Below are positions 9,554 to 22,520 of a stretch of 64,000 nt of DNA, piece after piece (the first letter of the stretch is position 1; the number at the start of each line of letters is the position of its first letter). The translations under genes and the position numbers were made by a program. The notes below the pieces were generated by a model that ran no database searches, was not told the DNA's origin, and saw only the letters and a program-made list of their open reading frames with translations. Location: NCBI GenBank assembly GCA_034669905.1, contig JAXMOL010000006.1, forward strand, positions 1 through 64,000, written 5' to 3'. This stretch comes from Candidatus Hydrogenedentota bacterium (GTDB taxonomy: Bacteria > Hydrogenedentota > Hydrogenedentia > Hydrogenedentales > JAEUWI01).

Positions 9554-11468
9554 TTCTTCCCACGAGTTCAAAAGGAGTTTAGCGTTGCATTCACGATTGT
9601 TCCACGGCGGTATTGCTACGGCGGTGTCGGCCAGCTTGCTGGTGTCGGGATGTGCCACCAGTCACTACCGTGACGCGGCGGATAAGGAGTCTTATGGCAT
9701 CCTGGCCGAGAAAAAAGACCAGGTGCCCGGCATGGAATCTGAATTTACCATCGATTCCGATGAAACCTGGGACCCGTTGGCTGAGCTCCCCCTGCTGGAA
9801 GACGGTGGTCGACCCTTCTCGGATGAGGCGGACCAGGAACTGGGTCACCGCGTGCTGTCGCTGGAGAAGGCCCTGGAAATCGCCGTGCGAAACAGCCGGA
9901 CCTACCAGGATGAGAAAGAGCTCCTCTATCTTTCGGCCTTGTCCCTGACCTTGGATCGCCATGAGTTTGGCCCCCGCTTTTTCGGGGGAGGACAGGGCGA
10001 GTATGGTCGTAACACCACGGTGCGAGAAGGCGCGTCTGATTTGACGAATCATGTGGATGGCGCCCGCCAGATTGCCGCCGGGATCGACGGCCTCGCGGGG
10101 ACGCCGGCGGACCTCATCGCGGCATACGCCAATGTGGTGGAGAGTGCGGGCGCCGCCTCGGGCCTGGACGATACCCAGCACGTATTCGAGCATGATCGCA
10201 GTGTGGCGGGCCAGACCCAACTGGGGATGACCCACCTGCTCCGAGGAGGGGGCCTGTTTGCCCTCACGCTCACGTCCAATTTCTTACGATTTGTGACCGG
10301 TGACCCGGGAACGGCCACCGCATCGACGCTGGCAGCCAGTTTTTCGCAGCCCTTGCTTGCCGGGCGGGGTGCCAAGATTGCCGCCGAAAGCCTGACCCAG
10401 GCCGAGCGCGATGTGTTATATGCCCTCCGCGACTACACCCGCTTTCGCAAGGTGTTTATCGTCCGCATCGTCAACAGCTATTACGCGGTGTTGGAGCGCA
10501 AGGATATCGCGCGGAACAACTGGCAGAGCTACCAGAGCTTTCTTACGAGCGTGAAGCGGGAAACGGCCCACGCCCGGGAAGGTCGCAGTACCCAGGCGGA
10601 TCTGGGGCGTCTGGAACAGGCGTCGTTGGACAACCGCAACCGCTGGGTGGCCTCCGTGCAGAACTACCAGGAGGCGTTGGATCAATTCAAGATCGATCTG
10701 GGCCTGGCCACCGATGTGGCCCTGGTGTTGGATGATAGCGAGCTGAACTATCTCGTCGAACGGGGTATTGTCCATCCGGAAATTACGACGGAAGATGCCA
10801 TTGAGGTGGCGCTGGTATCTCGTCTGGACTACCTGACCGCCCGTGATCAGGTGGAGGACGAGGCCCGGCAGGTAACGGTCGCGGCCGACGCGTTGAAGCC
10901 GGGCCTGGATCTCATCCTGGCGGCCAATATCGACACTATCGGGCAGGATAACTTTCAGCGTCTCGATGTGCGTACGGCCGATTGGTCCGCCGGGCTGGAC
11001 CTGGACTTGCCGCTCGATCGCAAGGCGGAGCGGAATGCCCTGCGCACGGCACTGATCAACCAGGAGCGCAGCATTCGTGACTATACCCTGGCGGAGGACA
11101 GCATCAAATTGGATGTGCGTTCCGGGTGGCGTCGGCTGGAGCAGGCGCGGCTGGCCTACGAAATTGCGGAAGTCAGTGTAGAATTGAATAAGCGACGGGT
11201 TCGCGAGCAGGAAGTCCTGGCCGAGGTGGGCCGTGGTACGGCAATCAACCTGGTCGATGCGCAGAACGACTTGACGAGTGCGCAGAACGACCTGACCAAC
11301 GCCCTGATCGCCCATACCATCGCCCGTTTGGAGTTCCTGCGGGATATGGGTATTCTCTATATAAAAGAAAACGGAAGTTGGGAAGAGTTGTACGACGATA
11401 TGTCGGCTGAGGACGTTTCGGAAGGCGCGACGGAGGAGCTGGTGACGGAAGTTGCTGCGACCCCCTGA
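9546..11468 (+). CDS. TolC-family outer membrane efflux lipoprotein
   Basis: Lipobox LVSGC, LSLEKALEIA, two OEP-like halves, LDLPLDRKAERNA. ATG overlaps the end of the permease. Confidence 0.85.
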   Translation: MNNSSHEFKRSLALHSRLFHGGIATAVSASLLVSGCATSHYRDAADKESYGILAEKKDQVPGMESEFTIDSDETWDPLAELPLLEDGGRPFSDEADQELGHRVLSLEKALEIAVRNSRTYQDEKELLYLSALSLTLDRHEFGPRFFGGGQGEYGRNTTVREGASDLTNHVDGARQIAAGIDGLAGTPADLIAAYANVVESAGAASGLDDTQHVFEHDRSVAGQTQLGMTHLLRGGGLFALTLTSNFLRFVTGDPGTATASTLAASFSQPLLAGRGAKIAAESLTQAERDVLYALRDYTRFRKVFIVRIVNSYYAVLERKDIARNNWQSYQSFLTSVKRETAHAREGRSTQADLGRLEQASLDNRNRWVASVQNYQEALDQFKIDLGLATDVALVLDDSELNYLVERGIVHPEITTEDAIEVALVSRLDYLTARDQVEDEARQVTVAADALKPGLDLILAANIDTIGQDNFQRLDVRTADWSAGLDLDLPLDRKAERNALRTALINQERSIRDYTLAEDSIKLDVRSGWRRLEQARLAYEIAEVSVELNKRRVREQEVLAEVGRGTAINLVDAQNDLTSAQNDLTNALIAHTIARLEFLRDMGILYIKENGSWEELYDDMSAEDVSEGATEELVTEVAATP

Positions 11469-11557
11469 GAGGGAAGTCTCGCGGTCACGCGCTGGTCGGG
11501 CTACCCGGCTCTTCCTTCCGGCGCAGGTGGTTGTAGCGTACGTATTGAGGCGAATCA

Positions 11558-12154
11558 TTGCGGGATGAAACGGAATTGGTGGCCCGTGCTGCCAAAGGCG
11601 ATGTCGAGGCGTTTGGTGCCTTGTTCGATCGCTATGCCCGCGAGGTATATCGACTGGCCTGTTCCATGGGACATGGCGGTGGAGATGCAGAAGATCTCAT
11701 GCAGGATACATTCTTAGCTGCCCTCGAGGGGATTGCCCGCTACGAGGGACGGTCCACCTTCAAGACCTGGCTTCTGGGGATTCTGTTTCGTCAGTCGGGC
11801 CAGCGAATCCGCTATACCCGTCGGCGGGAGACGGAAGTCTTCGACGAGCGTCAGCTTTCGGGAGCTTCGGAAGGGCAGACCGCTGCGGCGATTCCCCGTC
11901 ACGAATGCCGGATGGATGTTCATGCCACGCTGGATACCCTGTCGCCCGAGCATCGCGCGGTGGTGGTTTTGCGGGAACTGGAAGGCTTTTCGTACGAAGA
12001 AATTGCGACGACCCTGGAAATCCCACGCGGAACGGTAGAATCCCGCCTCTTTCGCGCCCGTGCCCTGCTCCGGGAACAGTTGCACGAATATCGGAGTACC
12101 CCGGCAAATGGGCCTATTGCCCGACCGGAAACCGTGGAGTCACGCCATGAGTAA
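11558..12154 (+). CDS. ECF (sigma-70 group 4) RNA polymerase sigma factor
   Basis: DAEDLMQDTFL, STFKTWL, LRELEGFSYEEIATTLEIPRGTVESRLFRAR. Confidence 0.93.
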   Translation: MRDETELVARAAKGDVEAFGALFDRYAREVYRLACSMGHGGGDAEDLMQDTFLAALEGIARYEGRSTFKTWLLGILFRQSGQRIRYTRRRETEVFDERQLSGASEGQTAAAIPRHECRMDVHATLDTLSPEHRAVVVLRELEGFSYEEIATTLEIPRGTVESRLFRARALLREQLHEYRSTPANGPIARPETVESRHE

Positions 12155-12620
12155 ATGTTTCATCCAGGAATCCAATCAATTGCAACGCTTCCACGACGGC
12201 GAGCTCGACGCAAGCGCGGCAGCGGGGGTTCGCCGCCATCTGCAGGAATGTCCCTCCTGTCAGGCTGCACTGGGCGACTATACGGAAATCGGACAGGCAT
12301 TGCGGGCGACTTTTGAGCGGGAATTGCCCACAGGACTCACGGCCCGTCTTCAGGCGGCTGCGGTGGCACAGCGGGAATCGCGACGTCGCCGGGTGGGTTG
12401 GGGCCTGGTGGCCGCAGCCAGTGCGTTGCTGGTATCCTCCCTGTGGCTCGTGGGCTACAGTCAATGGAACGATTCCCCCCGGCCCGAGGTGATGGCCCAA
12501 TGGGAAGAATACGTGGTCTCCCCGCCGGTAGAGGAGGAAGAATTCTCCGATGTGAGTACCCGCACCCTGGTTGCCATCCACATCCCAACCCATACGACAA
12601 GAGAGAATGGCAATGAATAA
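12147..12620 (+). CDS. zf-HC2 (ZAS) transmembrane anti-sigma factor
   Basis: DGEL...HLQECPSC motif plus one TM segment. Overlaps the sigma factor stop. Confidence 0.88.
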   Translation: MSKCFIQESNQLQRFHDGELDASAAAGVRRHLQECPSCQAALGDYTEIGQALRATFERELPTGLTARLQAAAVAQRESRRRRVGWGLVAAASALLVSSLWLVGYSQWNDSPRPEVMAQWEEYVVSPPVEEEEFSDVSTRTLVAIHIPTHTTRENGNE

Positions 12621-13128
12621 CTTCAAGCTATTAGCGGCGGTCGCGTTGTGTATCGCCTATATTGCAGGGATTGCGACGGGGTGGGCGGGCTACACCCTGG
12701 TCGGTGCGGCGGCCCCAGCACCCGATCGAAATGGCTCCTGGCTCAGTCATACCCTGGGACTGACCGCGGAACAAGAGGCACAAATGGAAGCCATCTGGTC
12801 GCGGGAAGCCCCGGAAACGCCGGGCGATGATTCCCGGACAACGATGCGCATGCTCTATGACGAGCGCAATGCCGCGGTCCGTGCGCTGATGACGGAAGCA
12901 CAGCAGCGTGAGATGGATCGCATTTTCGAGGAATTTGAAGCGAAAAAAGCAGCCCATTCCGAGGCGCGGCGGCAGCGTCATGAGGAGGCAGTGGCCAAGA
13001 CAATGGCCATTCTGACGCCGGAACAACAGGAACAGTATCAGGAAGTGCTGTCCAAGTTTGGCCGGCGGGGTTCCAAGGGTGGCCACGGTCCGGCTCCCGG
13101 TGGGTGGCCCTCCAAGCCGCGAGACTAG
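12613..13128 (+). CDS. Periplasmic Spy/CpxP-like (LTxxQ) helical protein
   Basis: N-terminal hydrophobic segment. LGLTAEQ, MTEAQQ and ILTPEQQ motifs. Follows the ECF/anti-sigma pair. Confidence 0.75.
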   Translation: MNNFKLLAAVALCIAYIAGIATGWAGYTLVGAAAPAPDRNGSWLSHTLGLTAEQEAQMEAIWSREAPETPGDDSRTTMRMLYDERNAAVRALMTEAQQREMDRIFEEFEAKKAAHSEARRQRHEEAVAKTMAILTPEQQEQYQEVLSKFGRRGSKGGHGPAPGGWPSKPRD

Positions 13129-13341
13129 ACGGCTTTTCGGTAATCGCGGGATTTTGGCCTCCCGGACGACGCTCTGGGGGGGCGAAACACGTCTTTTCGA
13201 CATCTTCTGTGGCGTATATTGCGCAAATCGGGTACACTGTAGCTATGAAGACGTGTATCTGCGCGTTTGGAAGGCCTGAGTTGTGTCGTTGAGCGGTCGT
13301 TCGAACAGCGAGTCCCGAACCGAAAAAGAAGGGGGTACGCC

Positions 13342-14334
13342 GTGGCGATAGAGCCCGAGTTTGACCCGATTGGTATCGACGGTGCCGATGAAAACGCCGA
13401 CGATACGGGGGCCCCGTCCGTGCTCTCTCAAGAGCATCTGATGACCATCTTCAACGCGTCCCATGATGTGTTTTTCGTATTGGATGGTGAGCAGAACACG
13501 ATCTTGCATGTGAACGAGACGGTGGAGCGGGTCTTGGGCTTTGAGTGCGATACCCTTGTGGGGACCCAGTTTCCTGACCTGGTCTGCGAAAGCGTACCGA
13601 ACTACCTGGAGCACTGTCAGTTTTTCGATGGGGTCTTCGGGCCGGTCGCCTTTCGCCGGGCTAACGGCGGTACCTGTCAGGCCGATGTGACGGCCGCCGT
13701 GATTCCCTGGGATGGCGTGCCCGCTGTGCTCTATACCATGCGCGATGCCACGCAACGAACTGCGCTGGAAGAGGAGCGGGCGGCCCTTATTCATGATTTG
13801 CAACAGGCCCTCGCGACCGTACGACGCCTTTCCGGGCTACTTCCCATATGCGCGAACTGCAAGCGAATTCGTGATGACGAAGGCTATTGGGAGACCGTGG
13901 AGGGATATATTTCCGCGCATTCCAATGTGCATTTCAGTCACGGGATATGCCCCACGTGTCGGGAAGACCTGTACCCGGGGCTGAAGCGGAGCAATCTCGC
14001 GGAGGAGAAGAGCAATGGAGAAACCCTGGAGCGACGTTTCTGGACCTCCATGGAGCGCCTGGACCACCATCCCGTCCTCCCCGATCGGGTGACGCGGGCG
14101 CGACTCTACGCCTTGCGGCAGCAGGGAACCTTCGGAGATTATTCGTCGGAGGATTTTACGGTAGCGGAGGGGACGACCCGTGCCCAAATCGACAGCTGGA
14201 AAGCGCTTTATGGGATGTCGATGGAGAAAGCACAGGCCACCTTCGTGGACGAAGTAGCCGAATTCATTGCTTCCAAGAGTGTGTCATCCCAATCAGACGG
14301 GAAGCCGGGCACGGCCCCCGAGAATTCTGTCTGA
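13342..14334 (+). CDS. PAS-domain protein with CxxC...HGICxxC module and C-terminal acyl-CoA-binding-protein-like domain
   Basis: PAS (IFNASHDVFFVLD...NETVERVLGF...RDAT), LPICANCKRIRDDEGYW...FSHGICPTC, and ACBP-like LYALRQQGTFGD...DSWKALYGMSMEKA. Confidence 0.7.
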   Translation: MAIEPEFDPIGIDGADENADDTGAPSVLSQEHLMTIFNASHDVFFVLDGEQNTILHVNETVERVLGFECDTLVGTQFPDLVCESVPNYLEHCQFFDGVFGPVAFRRANGGTCQADVTAAVIPWDGVPAVLYTMRDATQRTALEEERAALIHDLQQALATVRRLSGLLPICANCKRIRDDEGYWETVEGYISAHSNVHFSHGICPTCREDLYPGLKRSNLAEEKSNGETLERRFWTSMERLDHHPVLPDRVTRARLYALRQQGTFGDYSSEDFTVAEGTTRAQIDSWKALYGMSMEKAQATFVDEVAEFIASKSVSSQSDGKPGTAPENSV

Positions 14335-14354
14335 CCGGATTCCGATAATCGCTG

Positions 14355-15932
14355 CTACAGGGGGATGTGGTCGTGGCGGGTCATCGTATTGTCGGGGGGG
14401 AATTTCAGGGTGAACGTGGTGCCCTGGTTTGGCGCACTTTCCACATCGATTCGCCCCCGGTGCTGCTCCATGATGCGAAAGCAGATGGCCAGCCCCAGCC
14501 CTGTCCCCTTATCTTCTTTCGTGGTAAAGAAGGGTTCGCCAATGCGCGCAAGGTGTTCCTCCGGGATGCCTTTTCCGGTGTCGCGGACGCGAATGAACGC
14601 CGTGCCCTCTTCGTTTCCCGTTTCGATATCGAGGCACCCCTGACCGCCCTCCATGGCATCCATGGCATTGCGTACCAGGTTAAGCAGCACCCGATACATT
14701 TGTTGCCCATCCATCACGATATTCCCCGGTTGTCGGGAATGGAAGCGCACGTCAATGGCCCGCTTCTGGGCCTCGGCGGCCACCGTGGCGAGCACTTCAT
14801 TGATCAGCTGTTCGGGGTCGGTAACCTTTAACTGCAGTTCGGAAACCCGGGAATAGGTCAGGAGACTTTCAGAGAGCGTCTTGAAGCGTTCGGCGGACTG
14901 TTTCAGAATGCGTAAGCCGTCCTTGACCAGTTTCCACTTTTCCTCCTGGCAGGCGTAGTCAATCATCTCCGTGCCCCCCGAGATACCCATGAGGATATTG
15001 CGCATGTCGTGGCTGGTGCCGGAAATGGTTTCGCCGATACCGGCCAGGCGCTCCTGACGAATCTGTTTCTCGTTGAGCACAATGTTTTCGATGCCCGCCC
15101 CGACGATTTGACCTACGATGGAAAGGAGCTGGAGGTGCTTCTGCGTCAGTGGTACGGGCACGGTTCGGGAGTCGACGTAAATGACCCCATAGGATTCGCT
15201 CTGGCCCGTAAGCGGTACACATATGACCGCCTTAATCTGGTATTCCGCGATGCTGGCCGAATCTTCAAAGCGCTCGTCCTGGCTGGCGTCGGTGGTCATT
15301 ACGCTGGCACGGGACTGGACCACGTGGTCGATCAGGGTGTGGCTTACCGGAGGGTCTGTATCCCGCCGCTGCCGCACCCGGGAGGCCATCAGTTTCAGGG
15401 GTTCCTTCAGATCTTGCCGCGCGATGACATACCCGCGTTCGGCAGGTATGTTGTCCATAATCGCGTCGAGCACCCCTTCCACGAGGGGGACAAGCTGACG
15501 TTTGGTGCACAGGCATTGGGAGACGCGGTAGAGAAAGGTGACCGAGGACTGATCGGCCTCCACGAGCTTCTCGTGGATGGGGGCCACCTCGCTGTACTCG
15601 ATCTCGGTGCGGCGGGTCATTTTGCGCTGGGCATTCGCATCGAGCAGTTCGACACGGATGGAATAACAGCCGATTTGAATCAGGTCGTTGGCCGAGAGCA
15701 CGGATTCCTGGACACGTTCGCCGTTTACGATAACGCCGTTGCTCGAACCGAGATCCTCGATGTGGAGTTCCTGTCCCACAACGGAGAGTCTGGCATGGCG
15801 ACGACTGACGCTATCTTCGGACAAGACCACGTCGGCCTTGGTGGAGCGTCCAATGACTTGTGGCGCTTCGGAGATCAAATGCTCCAACTGGGTATGCCCG
15901 ATATTTGAGAAGGTTACGCGATAGATGATCAT
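14355..15932 (-). CDS. FHA-GAF sensor histidine kinase
   Basis: FHA (IGRS...VSRRHA...DLGSSNG), GAF (ICVPL...GVIYVD), H-box SHDMRNIL, N/G1/F/G2 boxes (NLVRNA, DTGKGI, PFFTTK, GTGLGL). Confidence 0.92.
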   Translation of the reverse strand: MIIYRVTFSNIGHTQLEHLISEAPQVIGRSTKADVVLSEDSVSRRHARLSVVGQELHIEDLGSSNGVIVNGERVQESVLSANDLIQIGCYSIRVELLDANAQRKMTRRTEIEYSEVAPIHEKLVEADQSSVTFLYRVSQCLCTKRQLVPLVEGVLDAIMDNIPAERGYVIARQDLKEPLKLMASRVRQRRDTDPPVSHTLIDHVVQSRASVMTTDASQDERFEDSASIAEYQIKAVICVPLTGQSESYGVIYVDSRTVPVPLTQKHLQLLSIVGQIVGAGIENIVLNEKQIRQERLAGIGETISGTSHDMRNILMGISGGTEMIDYACQEEKWKLVKDGLRILKQSAERFKTLSESLLTYSRVSELQLKVTDPEQLINEVLATVAAEAQKRAIDVRFHSRQPGNIVMDGQQMYRVLLNLVRNAMDAMEGGQGCLDIETGNEEGTAFIRVRDTGKGIPEEHLARIGEPFFTTKEDKGTGLGLAICFRIMEQHRGRIDVESAPNQGTTFTLKFPPDNTMTRHDHIPL

Positions 15933-16219
15933 AAGTCTCCCTGCATCACGGCGCAGCCAGTTGCCGCATCCTTGTACGTCGTAACGCCTCAGCACGAGGT
16001 CCCTGTGTGTGGGGACGATTGCGCAATGACGCTACCCCGAGCAGCAGGGTGGGCCAGCGACTGAATGTGGGCCGTGAAGCGAAGCTTCCTCACCTCGTCT
16101 CACGACGCTGGCCACGCGTTTGCACATCTCCCAGCCTCCATTATTCCGAAAAAACGGAAGAATAGCAATTTCTTCCGATAGGGGGATGTGTAGAAACCGA
16201 CAGGCCGTGTTGGCGCCCC

Positions 16220-16253
16220 AAAAAAGCCCCCCGGAGCAGCAACTCCGGGGGGC
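16220..16253 (-). terminator. Intrinsic terminator of ppdK
   Basis: Stem GCCCCCCGGAG/CTCCGGGGGGC with an A6 run on the + strand (U-tract on the - strand). Confidence 0.85.
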
Positions 16254-16275
16254 GTAGTGTTAACAGGATAGGGGA

Positions 16276-19050
<2,775 letters not shown>

Positions 19051-19337
19051 AATGAGTATTCTCCTTCACGTTGCCAATAGAGATGACGCGGCAGAAAACA
19101 GGGCGTTTTGACCCAACGCACAGCTCAGCATTGGTTTACCGCAATCACAGGAAATGAAATGTCATCGACTCTCATCTGGACGAAGGTCCAGACAAACGCG
19201 CTAAGTATACTGTAAAACGGGAAATTCATGCAAATAGTGTCTCTAAAAGAAAATAGTGCTTTACCCCGTTGCGCACGATATGGAATAATTAGCCCGGCGG
19301 CCGCCCTTCCCCTGCGGCCCCATAATTCTCCCCATGC

Positions 19338-19414
19338 GCGCCAGTAGCTCAGTTGGATAGAGCAACGGCCTTCTAAGCCGTAGGTCGCGGGTTCGAATCC
19401 CTCCTGGCGCGCCA
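19338..19414 (+). tRNA. tRNA-Arg (anticodon UCU)
   Basis: Acceptor GCGCCAG/CTGGCGC, D arm AGCTCAGTTGGATAGAGC, anticodon stem ACGGC/GCCGT with loop CTTCTAA, TTCGAAT T-loop, encoded CCA. Confidence 0.97.
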
Positions 19415-19588
19415 TTTTTTTGTTCCACAGTCACCATTCGTCTGGTGCTTGGCGCTGGGCTTCACTTTTCTCTACTCTCACGAAAATAATGGCGCAGGGA
19501 TATTCTCGCCACGGCGCTGATGTAGAGGGTGGGGTGCGGTTGGCTTCGGCGACTTCGCGGGATGGCGGCTACGAGACGGTCCCCCCGG

Positions 19589-20734
19589 TTACACGCGCAG
19601 GAATATTTTTCGCGTGTATAAAAAGCGTGCGAACAGGGTCGCCAACAGGAGTGCGAGAATTGTCTCGGCGACACCATCGTAGGGGGTGAGCCACTGTTGG
19701 ACGGGACCTGCTACGATGCGACCGGTCAGTGCCTGGTAGGGGAGGATCCCCGCGATCAGATAGAGCACCAATGAGTTGGCGCCGATCCATACGAAGGGCA
19801 GGGCCCAGGCCCGGTACTTGCAGATGTCAATAAGGGCGTAAAAGAAGGCGAGGAAAAGACAGCTGTAGCCTCCGGCGACGAGGACATAGGAGGAGGTCCA
19901 AATACGTTTGATGACGGGGAATTGGAGGCCCCACAAAAAGCCTATGGCCACCAGTGCGATTCCGCTGCCGACGAGCAGTGCCGTCTTTCGCCACGGCGTG
20001 ACGGAACCCGCACGAATCAGCATGCCCGCGAAAAGGCCCAACAAGCAGGTTGAGATGGCGGGTACGGTACTGAGCATCCCTTCATTGCGCCAACCCTTCT
20101 CCTCCCGATCACCGGGCAGATAATGCCGATCGAGATAATTGGACCAGTTGGTATGCATGTCAAAGGTCGGCTGGCCCAGCTCTGGCACCGGAACAAAGGT
20201 CATGAGTGCCCAATAGCCAACCAGTATGGACACGCACACGACGACCAGGCCGCGTACATTAAAATTCAGATAGAGCAGGGAGGTAATCAGGTAGCAGTAG
20301 GAAATGCGCTGCAAAACGCCCGCGAAACTAATCTTTTCCTGAGCAAAGCCGCCGCTATAAATGAATGCCCAAAACCACAGGAAGGCGAAGCGGCGGAAAA
20401 TTCTGTAATAGGCGGCTTTCTTGCCTTCCGTTGTTACGGTATGCTCCAAAGAGAAAACGGTCGAAATACCGACCATGAATAAAAACAGGGGGAAGATGAG
20501 GTCGTAGAAACGAAACCCTTCCCATTCCGCATGGCTGAGCTGGTGGGCGAAAACGCCAAGTATTCCAATGGGACTGACCTTCGCCAGGGAGGCCACGAGC
20601 GCATCCGCGCCGATGATCCAGAACATATCGAAACCACGCAGGGCGTCTAACGACATGAGCCGTGGGGTGCGCTCACTGGGTGGTTTCTCCAACGAAGGGG
20701 CCGTCGTTGGGGTATCTGATCGTGGACTGTCCAA
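19589..20734 (-). CDS. Heparan-alpha-glucosaminide N-acetyltransferase-like membrane acyltransferase
   Basis: RLMSLDALRGFDMFWI, DLIFPLFLFMVG, GVLQRI, EGMLST, PVIKRIWTSSYVL. TTG start after GAGGAG. Confidence 0.88.
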   Translation of the reverse strand: MDSPRSDTPTTAPSLEKPPSERTPRLMSLDALRGFDMFWIIGADALVASLAKVSPIGILGVFAHQLSHAEWEGFRFYDLIFPLFLFMVGISTVFSLEHTVTTEGKKAAYYRIFRRFAFLWFWAFIYSGGFAQEKISFAGVLQRISYCYLITSLLYLNFNVRGLVVVCVSILVGYWALMTFVPVPELGQPTFDMHTNWSNYLDRHYLPGDREEKGWRNEGMLSTVPAISTCLLGLFAGMLIRAGSVTPWRKTALLVGSGIALVAIGFLWGLQFPVIKRIWTSSYVLVAGGYSCLFLAFFYALIDICKYRAWALPFVWIGANSLVLYLIAGILPYQALTGRIVAGPVQQWLTPYDGVAETILALLLATLFARFLYTRKIFLRV

Positions 20735-20905
20735 TTGAGCTGCTCTCCTCGTTGAAGCACCAAGTATGAATGCGCTGGTGGGGCAATGCAAAGGGGGTAC
20801 GGAAAGCGCTTCGTGTATGAGCTTCCGCTGGACTCGGCTTCTATGACTTGTCACCACGTCGCTACGACTGTTAGTCTCACACATACTGGAGCCACGAAAG
20901 TCACC

Positions 20906-21388
20906 ATGAAAAAGAGTGTAGCGAAACAGACCGCGATCCTTATACTTTTTCAGTTTGTATGCTTCGGCGCTGCAGCGATTGGAGGGGCATTCACCGCAAC
21001 TTCGGTCAGGACGTGGTATCTGGAAATTGCCAAGCCCACCTGGACGCCGCCCTCGTGGGTCTTCGGTCCTGTCTGGACCATCTTGTATGTCCTAATGGGC
21101 GTCTCCGCGTGGCTGGTCTGGCGTGCGGCTCCCTGGCCCAATGCACGGGTAGCACTTACGCTGTTTGGGGTGCAGTTAGTGCTTAATACGGCCTGGTCCA
21201 TTCTCTTCTTCGGTGCGCAAAATCCCGGCTTGGCGTTCCTGGAAATTCTTCTGCTCTGGTGTGCAATCGTGGCAACCATCGTCACCTTTTGGCGCCACTC
21301 CAAGACGGCATCGGTCATGCTGGCCCCCTACCTCTGCTGGAGTTCTTTCGCCGCGTTCCTGAACTACGCCATTTGGCAGATGAATTAA
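20906..21388 (+). CDS. tspO: TspO/MBR tryptophan-rich sensory protein
   Basis: WYLEIAKPTWTPPSWVFGPVWTILY, QLVLNTAWSILFFG, PYLCWSSFAAFLN. Confidence 0.95.
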   Translation: MKKSVAKQTAILILFQFVCFGAAAIGGAFTATSVRTWYLEIAKPTWTPPSWVFGPVWTILYVLMGVSAWLVWRAAPWPNARVALTLFGVQLVLNTAWSILFFGAQNPGLAFLEILLLWCAIVATIVTFWRHSKTASVMLAPYLCWSSFAAFLNYAIWQMN

Positions 21389-21444
21389 TCTGGGCATAGA
21401 ACAGACGGACGAGCTTGGGGGACCGTCGCAGCGGCAAGGCGTCC

Positions 21445-22497
21445 CTATTGCGGAGTCGCCGTCCGGGGTGCGAGCAAGAAGTCGGGGCTTTCGGTTACGA
21501 GGCAGTGGATTCCCGCGCTGGCGAAAACGGGGAAATGGGTGAGCGGGAGGGCGGTGGGCACCACGGCCTCGGCGCCGACGATGGTCTCCAGGACTTCCGC
21601 TACCGCATCATTACCACCGCTGATCACGACCGCTCCTTCGGGGGATTGGACGAGGCTGGTGGCATAGGGCAGGGCGGTGTCTGGAATCCCATGGACCATG
21701 ATGCCCGCTTCATCGCAGATGCGACGAACTACCGCCATCGATTCCGCCGCGTCGAGTGGTGCGTTCAGGGGGCCTGTTCGGTATCCGGGCCCCAGTATCA
21801 GGTGGCAGGTGCCATCCGGTCCACGGACGAGGCCTGCGGCCCGGTCGATGTGGTGGTCGTGAAAAATACCCGACAGGTGACCTTCCTGATCGATGGAGCA
21901 GAAAATTCCGGCGGGTATCTCCACGACCTGCAGACCCCGGTCCCGCAGGCGGTTGAGGACCCCTTGTTCCGGTGCCTCGTTTTTCTCGGGGTGGCGAAAG
22001 ACGATGAGGGTATCTTCACTGAACAGTACCCGCCCGCCTTCGGACCAACAGCTTGGCCAGCAGGAGACGTCCCCACGGTCTCCGACACCGGGTTTGAGCC
22101 AGGTGGGACTGGTCAGGGCGATGCCGTGGGCCGGGAGGTAGACCATCAAATCCCGGGGATAGAGAAAGGTGCTCCCCTCTTCGGGAGCGTCTATTCGAAA
22201 TGCTGGATAGCGGTCGGCGCGCAGTCGATCACTGAGTTCAGACGTTGCGGTGCTGAGATTCAGAATGCGAAAGGGCATGCCTGCGCGGAGGAGTGCGTCG
22301 AGAATCGACAAATACTCCGCATCGAAGCGACGGGTAAATTGGGCTTCATCACCGCTATCCGCGAGAACCGTGCGGGCAGTATCCAGATTTCCCAACAGGA
22401 CCCCCGGCACCTGCCGATTGGCGTGTTGCAGTTTATACTCGGGGAACCCGGTCAACCACAACCGGCCCGCCTGTGTTGACGTCATATCGTGCCCCAC
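21445..22497 (-). CDS. Pentein-superfamily (amidinotransferase / arginine or peptidyl-arginine deiminase-like) enzyme
   Basis: Ordered pentein motifs YPRD, SEGG, HID and C-terminal GIHC (Cys nucleophile). Start is GTG 22497 or ATG 22485. Confidence 0.72.
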   Translation of the reverse strand: MGHDMTSTQAGRLWLTGFPEYKLQHANRQVPGVLLGNLDTARTVLADSGDEAQFTRRFDAEYLSILDALLRAGMPFRILNLSTATSELSDRLRADRYPAFRIDAPEEGSTFLYPRDLMVYLPAHGIALTSPTWLKPGVGDRGDVSCWPSCWSEGGRVLFSEDTLIVFRHPEKNEAPEQGVLNRLRDRGLQVVEIPAGIFCSIDQEGHLSGIFHDHHIDRAAGLVRGPDGTCHLILGPGYRTGPLNAPLDAAESMAVVRRICDEAGIMVHGIPDTALPYATSLVQSPEGAVVISGGNDAVAEVLETIVGAEAVVPTALPLTHFPVFASAGIHCLVTESPDFLLAPRTATPQ

Positions 22498-22520
22498 TAC
22501 CGAACGGGTAGCTAACCGGA

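Noticed and set aside
19125..19415. 96-aa minus-strand ORF ([24 protein letters not shown])
   Set aside because: Antisense translation of the tRNA-Arg gene.
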